Positions 19,192-29,333 of a stretch of DNA of 52,403 nt are shown here, in pieces. Both the position numbers and the translations under genes were made by a program. Under the pieces are notes generated by a model. It did no database searches and was not told the origin of the DNA. It was given only the letters and a program-made list of their open reading frames with translations. The DNA lies in the NCBI GenBank assembly GCA_012798315.1, contig JAAZNL010000016.1:1-52403 (forward strand), written 5' to 3'. Within the stretch, counting starts at the first letter, position 1. Each line of letters starts with the position of its first letter. The DNA comes from a candidate division WWE3 bacterium (GTDB taxonomy: Bacteria; Patescibacteriota; WWE3; UBA101185; UBA10185).

Positions 19192-19218
19192 CTATCACTT
19201 ATTGCAATAGAGTGATAA
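19192..19218 (-). promoter_or_regulatory. CIRCE-like inverted repeat over the clp promoter
   Basis: Minus strand TTATCACTC-N9-AAGTGATAG versus CIRCE TTAGCACTC-N9-GAGTGCTAA; contains -35 TTGCAA; TGn-TAAAAT at 19180-88. Confidence 0.6.
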
Positions 19219-19245
19219 TGCCTAGATCACAATAACACGTTAAAA

Positions 19246-21093
19246 TTAGTGTTCCCAAACATCTCCGATAAACGGATCTGATATAACTTTTACGTTTTTA
19301 ATAAAAAGCTGAGCTGCGCGTATCATTTGATCTGATTGAATTTTGGACCATTCCTCGGCCTGATCTTCCCTCACTTCCGTAACAATTTCGTCATGTACCG
19401 TATGTGTAATTGATCCGTCTATATGTTCGCTTTTTAGTTTTTCATTTATATAGACTAAGGCATATTTAACAGCGTCAGCGTTGGTGCCTTGAATCGGGTG
19501 GTTCTTTGCTTCGCGTTCTATGGAAGATACTTTTTTTCTAAATTCCGGATCGTCATTTTGTGGTTTATCGTACCAGCGTTTTCGCCCGGCAGGAGTCATA
19601 CTCCACCCATTTCTAACAGCAGTTTTTGCTGTTTTGTCTAAAAATTCTCTAACACTAGGATAACTCGCAAAATATTTGTTCATGTAATCTTCCGCTTCTT
19701 CCTTACTAACAGGTTTACCGGTTTCCATGTACAGTCGATTGGCCAGTCCCATAGGACCCATTCCGTACATTAATCCAAAACCGATTGGCTTTGCAATTTG
19801 GCGTAAATCCGGATATTTCTTTTTAAAATCAGGAGTATATTCTTTGCCAAACATTAACGAAGCTGTATACGAGTGTATATCAAGTCCTTCATTCAGTGCG
19901 TTAACCATCTTTACGTCTTTAGAAAGCTCTGCCAAAATTCTCATTTCGAACGCGGAGTAGTCCGCAACAACCAGTTTGTATCCATGTTTGGGGTTTATAC
20001 ATTGTCTGAAAGGAGCTTCTTCTGAATTACGTGGAATTTGTTGTAGGTTCGGATTGTTGCATGAAAATCTTCCTGTGGCAGTACCCATTTGGTTAAATTC
20101 CGGATGCACACGGCCTGTTACTTTATTTATTTTTTCTAACAGCGTGTCTCCGAATGCCGAAACTAATTTTTCATACTGACGGTAATCCCTAAGCATTTTT
20201 GCGACGGGGTGAGTACAACCTGATAAAATAGCATCACCGGTTGAAGGCAGGTCCAATCCCAATCTTTTGTTAAACAACTCTAATAACTGCACGTTGCTAT
20301 TTATATTTATAAAATCGCTGGAATTACCAAAAAGGTCTATTGCTGTTGCTCCGTAATAAGGTTTAATTGCTTCCTGGAATTCCTTAGCGTATTTTTCTCT
20401 CTTTTCCTTAAGACGGGAAATTATGTCGCGCCATTTTTCCTGATTTAAATAAATTCCGGTAAGTTCCATATCGCCTACTACGCGTGTAACCGCAAACTCT
20501 AATTTTCCAATGTTTATTAGATTTTCTTTTTTCAGTTTTTCAAGTTGTTTCTCAAAAATTGGAAACATTATTAAAGTATCAAGGGCGGCGTATTTTAACT
20601 GTGTCTCACTGAACTGAGTTTTAGAATTTGCAACCGCGAATGTCTTCCGGGTATCTTTCTCCATTGTTAAACCCAAGTATGCACTAGCTAAATCTTTTAG
20701 CGCGTAATAAGCTTTTCCAAGACCCGAATTTAGGATTGCTTCAGCTAACATTGTGTCAAAAATATTATCAACGGCAATTCCTGTGTGTACTTTAATAAAT
20801 TTGTAATCAAACTTTCCATTATGCAATATTTTTATTCTGTCCTTACTTTCTAGAAATTCCTTTAATCTGGGAAAATTCTTCATATCAATGCTTCTGGCAT
20901 CAAAAATATAAGATATTGACGGTGTGCTTACCTGGATCATTAACAAAATACCGGAATATGGGTCTAAGCTTGTAGATTCAACGTCAACTCCTACGACTTT
21001 TTCTTTTTCCAGCGCGTCCAACGCATTATTAGCCTCTTCTAAGGTCGTAACATATACAAATTTCGGGTTTTCAGGATCAAATTTAAACTCCAT
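19246..21093 (-). CDS. polA: Family A DNA polymerase (3'-5' exo + polymerase; no 5'-3' exonuclease domain)
   Basis: VGVDVE, TGRFSCNNPNLQQIP, ADYSAFEMRILA, RQIAKPIGFGLMYG, VHDE. Confidence 0.93.
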   Translation of the reverse strand: MEFKFDPENPKFVYVTTLEEANNALDALEKEKVVGVDVESTSLDPYSGILLMIQVSTPSISYIFDARSIDMKNFPRLKEFLESKDRIKILHNGKFDYKFIKVHTGIAVDNIFDTMLAEAILNSGLGKAYYALKDLASAYLGLTMEKDTRKTFAVANSKTQFSETQLKYAALDTLIMFPIFEKQLEKLKKENLINIGKLEFAVTRVVGDMELTGIYLNQEKWRDIISRLKEKREKYAKEFQEAIKPYYGATAIDLFGNSSDFININSNVQLLELFNKRLGLDLPSTGDAILSGCTHPVAKMLRDYRQYEKLVSAFGDTLLEKINKVTGRVHPEFNQMGTATGRFSCNNPNLQQIPRNSEEAPFRQCINPKHGYKLVVADYSAFEMRILAELSKDVKMVNALNEGLDIHSYTASLMFGKEYTPDFKKKYPDLRQIAKPIGFGLMYGMGPMGLANRLYMETGKPVSKEEAEDYMNKYFASYPSVREFLDKTAKTAVRNGWSMTPAGRKRWYDKPQNDDPEFRKKVSSIEREAKNHPIQGTNADAVKYALVYINEKLKSEHIDGSITHTVHDEIVTEVREDQAEEWSKIQSDQMIRAAQLFIKNVKVISDPFIGDVWEH

Positions 21094-21150
21094 AAAATTA
21101 TTATAGGTGGTCTTCCTATTTTAAAAAGCTATTTTCGTGTGGATATTAAA

Positions 21151-22467
21151 TTAACTTTGCAATAACTCGGTTAATATTTTTCTAGCCACTTCCGCCTCTG
21201 CCTTACCTTTAGACTCTCTCATTATCATACCTACTAAAAATTCCACTGACGCGGTACTCCCGTTTTTATAATCTTCGACAGCTTTAATGTTTTTTAAAAT
21301 TGCAGATTTAGCAAATTCTTTTATTTTTTCCGGGTCAGTAATTTTATCGTCTTCAGATTTTAGTTTTGAAATAAATTCTTCAACGGATAAACTCTGATAT
21401 TCCTTTTTGTTTACTAAAGTGTTTGCCGCTTTTTCAGCGGTTACACCTGAGTTAATAATCGAATCAAGTTTTTTACTCGTTTCTGGGCCAAAAGCAAAAA
21501 CCACAGCATTTGCCGTTTTCATCGGTATACCTAATTTCGTATAACGGGCGACAACTTCCTCTGGCAACTCCACCATTCTTGATTTTAATTTTTCAATATG
21601 TGCGTCATCAAAAACCATCGGCGGGATATCCGGTTCGGGAAAATATCTGTAATCATGCGCTTCTTCCTTATCGCGTTGAGGTACGGTTTTGGCGGTAGCT
21701 TCGTTATATCCTCGATTCTCTTGTTTTACAATTCCGCCTCCGTTTATTATTTCCGTCTGTCTTTCAATTTCGGCTAAAACGGCCTTTTCCATAAATCGAA
21801 ATGAATTAATATTTTTAATTTCGACTTTATATTTTGGTAGTTCTCCCCGTTTTTCCATTTCGGGAGTACGTAAAGAGATATTGGCTTCTAAACGCATTTG
21901 GCCTTTTTCCATATCAACGTCTCCGATGCCTAGAAACCTTACTGTGGTTTGTACTTTTTTACAAAATTCGGCAGCATCTTCCACAGAATTAAATACCGGT
22001 TTTGTAACAATTTCCACTAAAGGCATACCGGACTTATTAAAGTCAATTAGTGTTTTTCCACCTTGATGAAAAGATTTTGCTGTATCTTCTTCTAAATGGA
22101 TACGCTCAATTTCCATTTTTTTGCCATTGTCCAATTCTATCCAACCTCCTATGCAAAAAGGCTCTTTATATTGGCTTATTTGGTAACCTTTTGCTAAATC
22201 GGGATAAAAGTAATGTTTTCTATCGAATTTTGAGTTTTTGTTTAATTCACAATGAAGGGCAAGACCTAATAATTGTGCCTTTTCTATAGCATCATAATTA
22301 GGAACCGGTAAAGCACCCGGCAATCCCAAACATACCGGACACGTGTGAGTATTTGGCGAAGCATCATAAATGTCAGCCGGGCAGCGACAAAACATTTTAT
22401 TATTCGTTCTAAGATGCAGATGTATTTCCAGTCCTAAAACCAGTTTTAAATCATTTGAAGTGGACAT
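21151..22467 (-). CDS. gatB: Asp/Glu-tRNA amidotransferase subunit B
   Basis: GLEIH, CLGLPGALP, YFYPDL, DYRYFPEPD. Confidence 0.97.
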   Translation of the reverse strand: MSTSNDLKLVLGLEIHLHLRTNNKMFCRCPADIYDASPNTHTCPVCLGLPGALPVPNYDAIEKAQLLGLALHCELNKNSKFDRKHYFYPDLAKGYQISQYKEPFCIGGWIELDNGKKMEIERIHLEEDTAKSFHQGGKTLIDFNKSGMPLVEIVTKPVFNSVEDAAEFCKKVQTTVRFLGIGDVDMEKGQMRLEANISLRTPEMEKRGELPKYKVEIKNINSFRFMEKAVLAEIERQTEIINGGGIVKQENRGYNEATAKTVPQRDKEEAHDYRYFPEPDIPPMVFDDAHIEKLKSRMVELPEEVVARYTKLGIPMKTANAVVFAFGPETSKKLDSIINSGVTAEKAANTLVNKKEYQSLSVEEFISKLKSEDDKITDPEKIKEFAKSAILKNIKAVEDYKNGSTASVEFLVGMIMRESKGKAEAEVARKILTELLQS

Positions 22468-22498
22468 ATCTTTTTTCCCGAATGAAGTATAGCACGCT

Positions 22499-22897
22499 TT
22501 AAGGCATGCGCACCCGGAGACGGGTTAACGCCGTTTTAAGCGTGGCGATAGCATCCCCTACCACATAATAAGGCGGGTCGTAGTCACTTTCGTGAACTAA
22601 ATTATTACGTATTTTGTGAGCTTCCCAAATTTTTCCGTATGTATCTTTATCAAAATATGTTTTAGCGTTTTTTAAACGCTCCCCCATTGATTCGCCGGAA
22701 ACCATATCTTTTAAAGCGGCATCAAATGTACGGTCTGCAATTATTAATGCTTGCCTCAAAGAAGACGGCTGTCTGGTAGCGAGCAATCCGGAAATTTTTT
22801 CCCAATCGGATACTATTTTACGTTCGGTCTTGATGGTAACAAAACCCCCGTCACCGGAACCAAAAGAAAATAAGTCAAAGAAATTAAACAAACCCAT
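22499..22897 (-). CDS. Hypothetical protein with HEPN-like Rx4H motif
   Basis: AHKIRNNLVHE; helical protein inside the gat operon. Confidence 0.75.
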   Translation of the reverse strand: MGLFNFFDLFSFGSGDGGFVTIKTERKIVSDWEKISGLLATRQPSSLRQALIIADRTFDAALKDMVSGESMGERLKNAKTYFDKDTYGKIWEAHKIRNNLVHESDYDPPYYVVGDAIATLKTALTRLRVRMP

Positions 22898-22898
22898 A

Positions 22899-23093
22899 TT
22901 AATGTATAAATATCCTTTTACTCACGTAAAAGAGAACGCCCATTGAAATCCCATGCACCACGACTTTAGCAAAAGTAGGCACTTCCTCAATCGGACGCTG
23001 CAATACAAAGGATAAAAACCAATTTCCCAGGAGAATTGCGGCTACCAAAAAGCTGGTAAATATAATTATGTTAATAATACCTTTACTGTTCAT
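22899..23093 (-). CDS. Small two-TM membrane protein
   Basis: 64 aa, start overlaps the gatA stop (TAATG). Confidence 0.7.
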   Translation of the reverse strand: MNSKGIINIIIFTSFLVAAILLGNWFLSFVLQRPIEEVPTFAKVVVHGISMGVLFYVSKRIFIH

Positions 23094-24520
23094 TATTTAA
23101 GTTCCGCTTTTACTTTATGATAATTTGTTACTTGTTGAAACCTATTTGCCGCTCTTAGAATTTTAGTCTCCTCAAACATGTTAGCCATAATTTGAAGTCC
23201 TACAGGCATTCCACCGCTTAACCCGCACGGAATTGAGATACCGTTAATTCCGGCAATACTGCTTGGTTCGGCAAGTACGTCCATAAGTTCTCCAAACATT
23301 GGGGACTTGTCACTTTCACCAAGATCCATTGCTACACACGGCATAGTAGGTCCTACTATTAAATCTACATCATTAAACGCTTTTTTAAAATCATTTACTA
23401 TTTCTGTACGTACTTTTTGAGCCTTTGCATAGTATTGATCATAATAACCGGCACTTAAAGCGTAAGCGCCTAGCATCATTCTCTTTTTAGCTTCGAAGCC
23501 AAAGTTTGTCCTGTCATTTCCGTATCTGATTCCATCTAGCCTGGCCAAATTAGAAGAAACCTCCGATCGTTGTAAAATTGTGTAAACCGCAATGGAGTAT
23601 TTCGGACTCAAAAGATCCATATCTACAATTTGCGCGCCCAGTTCTTTAAATGTTTCTATTGCTTCCTCGGTTCGTTCTCTGACTCCGGACTCCAGTTCAA
23701 TTTCAAAATAAGATCTTGGCTTTCCAATCCGAACTCCTTTTAAGTCTCCCTGTTGCATAAGTTTATAATAGTCATCCGTTGGCAAGGGTGAACTTGTCGC
23801 ATCAAAAGGATCTTTTCCAGCGATTATGTTTAAAATATAACCCGCGTCTAAAGCATTTTTTACCAGCGGCCCAGGTGAATCTGTAGATGACGCCATGGCT
23901 ATGAGCCCATAACGGCTTACTCTTCCGTAAGTCGGCTTAATCCCGGTTATTCCGCACCATGCCGCAGGGCCTCTGATACTCCCGGCTGTCTCACTTCCTG
24001 TAGCAAAAATGCACATATCTGCTGCTACCGCGGCGGCAGAACCTCCGGACGAACCACCGGGTACTTTTTTATAATTCCAGGGATTTGTTGTTTTAAAAAA
24101 ATCCGAAGTTTCAGTAGATGAGCCGTGGGCAAATGCGTCCATATTAGTCTTTCCCAACAATATAGCTCCTGCATCTTTAAGACGCTTCGTTACTGTAGAC
24201 TCGTATGGAGGAATATATCCTTTTAGAACGTTTGAACTCGCTGTGGTTTGAACTCCTTCGGTATTGTAATTATCTTTACAGGCATAAGGAATTCCTAACA
24301 GAGGGAATTCGCTAAAAGCATCGGCTCCTTTTTCTGCGAGTATTTGGTCCGCTTTTTTAGCTGATTCCAAAGCACTTTCTTTGGTTAACGTTACAAACGC
24401 TTTAATTTTGGAATCATACTTATCTATTTGCGTATAACATGAGTTAACCAGATCAACACTGGAAAACTTTTTTGTTTTAAGGCCCTCTATTGCTTCTAAA
24501 ATAGTTAAAGTGTTTATCAT
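23093..24520 (-). CDS. gatA: Asp/Glu-tRNA amidotransferase subunit A
   Basis: Amidase signature PGGSSGGSAA, GSIRGPA, SSNLAR. Confidence 0.97.
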   Translation of the reverse strand: MINTLTILEAIEGLKTKKFSSVDLVNSCYTQIDKYDSKIKAFVTLTKESALESAKKADQILAEKGADAFSEFPLLGIPYACKDNYNTEGVQTTASSNVLKGYIPPYESTVTKRLKDAGAILLGKTNMDAFAHGSSTETSDFFKTTNPWNYKKVPGGSSGGSAAAVAADMCIFATGSETAGSIRGPAAWCGITGIKPTYGRVSRYGLIAMASSTDSPGPLVKNALDAGYILNIIAGKDPFDATSSPLPTDDYYKLMQQGDLKGVRIGKPRSYFEIELESGVRERTEEAIETFKELGAQIVDMDLLSPKYSIAVYTILQRSEVSSNLARLDGIRYGNDRTNFGFEAKKRMMLGAYALSAGYYDQYYAKAQKVRTEIVNDFKKAFNDVDLIVGPTMPCVAMDLGESDKSPMFGELMDVLAEPSSIAGINGISIPCGLSGGMPVGLQIMANMFEETKILRAANRFQQVTNYHKVKAELK

Positions 24521-24529
24521 AGAGTAAAT

Positions 24530-24829
24530 CTAACGGTCAAACACCGCGTCTGTAACAAAAAGGTCATTTAACTTTACTTTTGCGTTCGATAAAGCTTTTT
24601 CTTGAGATAAGGTTCCCGAAGGTTCGCTTTCCTTTTGGAAAACATTCGTTAGGCCGGTAACTTGATATGTGGGAGGTAGCGAAGCTAAATCCAACTCATT
24701 TAAAACTTCTATGCTTTTAAGGGTGTCGTTAAACATTTCAGCCAATTTTTCTTCAACTCCGCTAACATCGAGTTTGCACAATTTGGCTATTTTTTTAACT
24801 GTTTCTTGTGTGATAAGTTGTTCGGTCAT
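24530..24829 (-). CDS. gatC: Asp/Glu-tRNA amidotransferase subunit C
   Basis: VKKIAKLCKL N-terminus, size and position before gatA. Confidence 0.9.
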   Translation of the reverse strand: MTEQLITQETVKKIAKLCKLDVSGVEEKLAEMFNDTLKSIEVLNELDLASLPPTYQVTGLTNVFQKESEPSGTLSQEKALSNAKVKLNDLFVTDAVFDR

Positions 24830-24851
24830 CGTGGTAATAATAGCAGAGGCT

Positions 24852-25754
24852 TTACATGTTTTCTAGCCGTCTTATACGATCTTCAATTGGGGGATGCGTA
24901 TTAAACATATTCGCAAAAAATCCTGCGGCTTCGCCTCTGATCGGACTTTTTATATATAAATGGGCTGTAGCGCCGTTCGCCGCCTCTAAAATTTCGTTGT
25001 CGCCGGCAAGTTTTCTAAGGGCATTAGCCAAACCCAGGGGGTAGCGGGTTATTAAAGCGGCTGTTGAATCTGCCAAGTATTCACGATTCCGGCCGATGGC
25101 CAACTTTATTAGAGTAGCAATTAAAGGACTTAATAATATGAGAACAATACCGATTAAAAAGATGATTCCGGAGCCTTCGTTGTTGCTGTTGCTTCTTTTG
25201 CGACCGCCGCCGTATAAAGCGCCACGGGTGAACCAATCGCTTAATAATGTCACCGTTCCAACAAGAACAGACACAATGGACATAAGTAAAATGTCCTGAT
25301 TCCCAATATGAGACATTTCGTGTGCCACTACGCCTTCTAATTCACGTTTTTCCAAAGAAGATACGATACCGGTGGTAAACACAATAACACTGTGATCTTG
25401 GTCTCTTCCAGTAGCAAAAGCGTTCATTGCAGTATCATCTATTAAATAGACTCGCGGCATTTTTATACCGGAAGCTATGCTCATGTTCTGAACTAAGTTC
25501 AGCAAATCTCTATGGATTACTGGGTTAGCCTTAACAGCTCCTGATATAGACAAAACTATGCTATCGGAAAAATAATACGAAACAAAAGACGAAATGCCCG
25601 AAAAGATTAGGGCTATTCCCGTCATAAAATATCCGGATCCTTGAAAGTAATACTCGCCAATAAACCAACTAACTAAACATACTACAGCTGTAAAACCCAG
25701 CATAACTAAAAATGTTTCCTGTCTGTTTTTATCTATGTTTTGGTATATGGTCAT
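24852..25754 (-). CDS. htpX: Zn metalloprotease HtpX (M48)
   Basis: NAFATG, AHEMSH, REYLAD, THPPIEDRI. Confidence 0.93.
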   Translation of the reverse strand: MTIYQNIDKNRQETFLVMLGFTAVVCLVSWFIGEYYFQGSGYFMTGIALIFSGISSFVSYYFSDSIVLSISGAVKANPVIHRDLLNLVQNMSIASGIKMPRVYLIDDTAMNAFATGRDQDHSVIVFTTGIVSSLEKRELEGVVAHEMSHIGNQDILLMSIVSVLVGTVTLLSDWFTRGALYGGGRKRSNSNNEGSGIIFLIGIVLILLSPLIATLIKLAIGRNREYLADSTAALITRYPLGLANALRKLAGDNEILEAANGATAHLYIKSPIRGEAAGFFANMFNTHPPIEDRIRRLENM

Positions 25755-26218
25755 GCTTTTTCTGTTTCATTTGGCAGCCAGCCATACTCCGAATAATATA
25801 TACCTGATCTAGCGTCCTCCCAACATTTTTTTACTGTTGGAATCAGGTTATCGGGTAAATTCTCCCATGAGAACCATTCCAGCTTATCGGACTTTTCCGG
25901 TTCGCATATTTTAGGTTCTCCAGTAAATGCTTTAACATAAAACACGTTATAGAAAAACTCATTTCCGGCAACCTTGGGTGAAATATGGAGTAAATGAATA
26001 AAATCCAAATCCTCTGTTTTTACCTGAATACCTATTTCTTCTTTTAACTCTCTGACCAAAGCTTCCCTAAGAGTTTCATTTCCATCGGAGTTCCCGCCAA
26101 CAAGAGAAAAATATCCATCCCTCCACCCTGTTTTAAATCTTCTTTGGAGCAGATATTTCCCATCTTTCTCAATAACCGCCAGCACCGCTATTCTAACGGA
26201 AAGTATATGGTTAGACAT
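25751..26218 (-). CDS. NUDIX hydrolase
   Basis: GGNSDGNETLREALVRELKEEIG Nudix box. Confidence 0.9.
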   Translation of the reverse strand: MSNHILSVRIAVLAVIEKDGKYLLQRRFKTGWRDGYFSLVGGNSDGNETLREALVRELKEEIGIQVKTEDLDFIHLLHISPKVAGNEFFYNVFYVKAFTGEPKICEPEKSDKLEWFSWENLPDNLIPTVKKCWEDARSGIYYSEYGWLPNETEKA

Positions 26219-26231
26219 ATAGTGTTTAAAC

Positions 26232-26771
26232 TTAGAACTGAACTTTTACTGGAGCTCTCTCAGCCTCTTCGGCTTCGAAGAATTCCTCGGCCTTAAAACC
26301 AAAAACCCCTGCAATAAGATTGCCGGGAAACATTACCAGCTTTTCGTTGAACTGTCGTACTACACTATTGAAAAACTGTCTGGAGTAGGCGACTTTATCT
26401 TCAGTGTCACTCAATTCTTTTTGAAGGTTTATAAATCCTTCCTGAGCCTTAAGTTCGGGGTATGCTTCGGCTATCGCAAATAAGCTTTTTAATGCGCTCG
26501 AAAGCATTACATCTGCTTCACCAGCCTCTTTAGGAGTCTGAGCTCCCATTAATGCGGATCGGGCCTTTGTAACATTTTCAAATACTTCTTTTTCATGAGA
26601 TGCGTAACCTTTTACGGTTTCAACTAAATTAGGAATTAAATCTGTACGTCTTTTTAGCTGTACATCAATTTGACTCCAAGCTTCTTTAATTTTAACTTTT
26701 AGAGAAGCTAAACTGTTATAAAAACCTATAACAAACAGGGCGATCAGGCCCAAAATAATGGCAAACCACAT
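26232..26771 (-). CDS. lemA: LemA family protein
   Basis: [34 protein letters not shown]. Confidence 0.95.
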   Translation of the reverse strand: MWFAIILGLIALFVIGFYNSLASLKVKIKEAWSQIDVQLKRRTDLIPNLVETVKGYASHEKEVFENVTKARSALMGAQTPKEAGEADVMLSSALKSLFAIAEAYPELKAQEGFINLQKELSDTEDKVAYSRQFFNSVVRQFNEKLVMFPGNLIAGVFGFKAEEFFEAEEAERAPVKVQF

Positions 26772-26853
26772 AAATCTAAACCTCCAATCACATAAATACT
26801 AAATTTATACTATCAATTTATTACTGTTTAGACAAAGTTGCAACGTAATACGG

Positions 26854-28599
26854 TCACGGACGTAACAAAGTTACAAAGTCCTTATATGAATTAGTGTTAA
26901 TAACATTTCTTTTCTCACAAAAGCCGCGGCGTGCTGTATCTATACCGTATTTCATAAGATCGAGTTGATCAGTAGAGTGTGCATCGGTATTTACTATCAA
27001 TTTAATTCCTTTTTTTACAGCTACCCTTACCAAATCTTCAGTCAGATCTAACCGGTCAGGCTGAGCGTTTATTTCTATAGTTTTGTCGTTCGCCAATAAA
27101 GCGTCAAAAACAATTTTCCAATCGATATCACACGCCTCACGTTCGTTTATCAACCTTCCGGTAGGATGCCCAATAAACGAAATATATGGATTTTCAATGG
27201 CTTTAACTACTCTTTTAGTTATAGTAGCTTTATCCTGAGTAAATGCTGTATGAATCGAACCCAAAGCGTAATCCAATATTTTTAAAAGATCGTCAGGCAG
27301 TCCCAAAGTCGCGTCTGCCAATATGTTTACTTCCATCCCGTATAAAACTTTTATTTTGTTTTGGGAAGCGTTGATTTTGTCAATTTTCTCTCTCTGGGCT
27401 AACAGCATCCTCTCTACTTCTTTATATCCTCTGTTTATTACACTTGGTCCGTGGTCCGTTACTCCGTAATATTCGTATCTCAAATTAATTGCTTTTTCCA
27501 CCATCTCCTCCAAAGTATTTGCTCCGTCAGAAAAAATAGTGTGCGATTGTAAGTCTCCTTTTATATCGGTTAAAGTAATTAAGTTTGGAAGTTGATCTTT
27601 CCTGGCTAAATCAATTTCATCTGTCCCCTGTCTCAATTCAGGCGGTATATACGGAAGACCCACGGCTCTATAAAAATTCTCTTCGGTCTTGTACTTGCGC
27701 AATTCTCCGTCCCTTTTAATACCGTACTCGGATAAGGACATACCTTTTTCCAAAGCGTATGTGCGTAACAATACGTTATGCTGCTTTGATCCCGTGTTAT
27801 ATTGAAGCATAGAACCGTACGCTTCCGGTGAAGATACTCTTAAATCAACCTGAATATCTCCTGTTAACAAAATAACTGCTTTTTTATCACCTTTGGCAAC
27901 TACATCGTGGCTTTCCGGATAATTTATAAAGTATTCAATAGCTGCAGCAGAATCTGTTGTAGATACGACCATGTCCAAGTCTCCTACAGTAGGATTTCTT
28001 CGGCGTATTGAACCTAACGCATCAACTTTTTCCACACCGGGGCAAGTTTTCATATACTCTATTACCCGGCCGATAATTTGTTCAGCTTTAACTAAAAGCA
28101 TACGTTGTTTGTCGTTTTTGCTTGTTTTTGATTGCTGGATTGAATCCAAAATGTCTGCCTCGGATTTTTCACCAAAGCCTTCGATTGTTTTAATATGTCC
28201 GGCTTGGGCGTGTTTTTTTAGTTCTTCTAAAGCTGTTGACCTGTCTTTAAGATCAAAGGTGGCTGCGAGTTTAAAAGCTTTTTTTGCACCAACACCACGC
28301 AGTCCTAGTAAGGCGAACATGCCGTCGGGTAGACCTTTTTTTACTGATTCAAATTCCGAAACCAACCCCTTAGTAAATAAATCGTTTAAATGAGACGCTA
28401 ATGCGCTGCCAATGCCCGGCACATCGTCTAAACGCCCCTCTTCCCAAATATCCTGAATAGAAGTTGTTAAGCCGTCAATTATAGCTACAGCGTTTTGGTA
28501 AGCTCTGATTCTAAACCTATCTGCGCCTTTTATTTCCATAGCGGCTAATACTTCTTTTAGAATAGCCACCACCTCGCTATTGCTTATACGGTTATTCAT
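26854..28599 (-). CDS. polX: DNA polymerase X / PHP-domain protein
   Basis: HhH motifs, GSIRR, GDLD, TGSKQHN; PHP motifs QSHT, TDH, DAH. Confidence 0.93.
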   Translation of the reverse strand: MNNRISNSEVVAILKEVLAAMEIKGADRFRIRAYQNAVAIIDGLTTSIQDIWEEGRLDDVPGIGSALASHLNDLFTKGLVSEFESVKKGLPDGMFALLGLRGVGAKKAFKLAATFDLKDRSTALEELKKHAQAGHIKTIEGFGEKSEADILDSIQQSKTSKNDKQRMLLVKAEQIIGRVIEYMKTCPGVEKVDALGSIRRRNPTVGDLDMVVSTTDSAAAIEYFINYPESHDVVAKGDKKAVILLTGDIQVDLRVSSPEAYGSMLQYNTGSKQHNVLLRTYALEKGMSLSEYGIKRDGELRKYKTEENFYRAVGLPYIPPELRQGTDEIDLARKDQLPNLITLTDIKGDLQSHTIFSDGANTLEEMVEKAINLRYEYYGVTDHGPSVINRGYKEVERMLLAQREKIDKINASQNKIKVLYGMEVNILADATLGLPDDLLKILDYALGSIHTAFTQDKATITKRVVKAIENPYISFIGHPTGRLINEREACDIDWKIVFDALLANDKTIEINAQPDRLDLTEDLVRVAVKKGIKLIVNTDAHSTDQLDLMKYGIDTARRGFCEKRNVINTNSYKDFVTLLRP

Positions 28600-28677
28600 A
28601 ACATTATTGTATCATCGTAAACGCAGTTTCGTTGACTAGGCGTTTTCTGTCTGTTACCATGATTACGCTTAAAGAGT

Positions 28678-28754
28678 GGGGCCGTAGCTCAGTTGGTTAG
28701 AGCGCTTCCCTGTCACGGAAGAGGCCGCGGGTTCGAGTCCCGTCGGCCCCGCCA
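28678..28754 (+). tRNA. tRNA-Asp (GTC)
   Basis: Cloverleaf GGGGCCG...CGGCCCC-GCCA, anticodon loop CTGTCAC, TTCGA T-loop. Confidence 0.97.
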
Positions 28755-28832
28755 ATAAGTTTTTTAATTTGCTTTTTCCCTTGTTTTAATATAACTTCTA
28801 GACACGCTATCAGGAATTCTACAAATGAAAGG

Positions 28833-29069
28833 ATGAAAGCAATGGATGCAAGAGAATTACCGTTTTATGTGTTGGTGTCGTTAAATAACAAAGGCCCCGC
28901 AACCGTCAATGAACTGTTGAACAGGGAAGGGCTTAAAAACAACACACGCGAACAGCTCCTGGCGGCTCTGGAAGAAGACAAACGCGACGGGTACATCGAC
29001 AGAGATTACTCAGACGTTTGGTTTATCACCCAGTCCGGAAAAAATCGTCTCCTAGTTGAACGAGATTGA
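28833..29069 (+). CDS. Small hypothetical protein, possible winged-helix
   Basis: 78 aa; ATVNELL...LEEDKRDGYI...WFITQSGK pattern; followed by a terminator. Confidence 0.65.
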   Translation: MKAMDARELPFYVLVSLNNKGPATVNELLNREGLKNNTREQLLAALEEDKRDGYIDRDYSDVWFITQSGKNRLLVERD

Positions 29070-29089
29070 TTTATCCGAACATCAATGCA

Positions 29090-29132
29090 AAAAAGACTTA
29101 CCGGGAAATTCCTTGTAAGTCTTTTTCTTTTT
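29090..29132 (+). terminator. Intrinsic terminator
   Basis: AAAAAGACTTAC...GTAAGTCTTTTT plus T-tract. Confidence 0.75.
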
Positions 29133-29333
29133 TAAAAAAAATTTACTTAAAAACTATTGGCATACTTACGGCAAATATATATACTCAAGTTAGAGGAGTG
29201 CATGCCCGGATATAGAGTCACATTGTTCACAAATACTTATCAATTCTATTAATAGTTGGAGATGAAGACGAATTAACTACTGCCCGGTAGCCTAATTATT
29301 TATAAATTCTTACTTAGGAGGTGCATTTTTTTA

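Noticed and set aside
29158-29333. c-di-AMP (ydaO) riboswitch before the LysM gene
   Set aside because: The conserved GCTGAATCC/GGGG...CCCG..GCTAAC-type elements are not recognisable.
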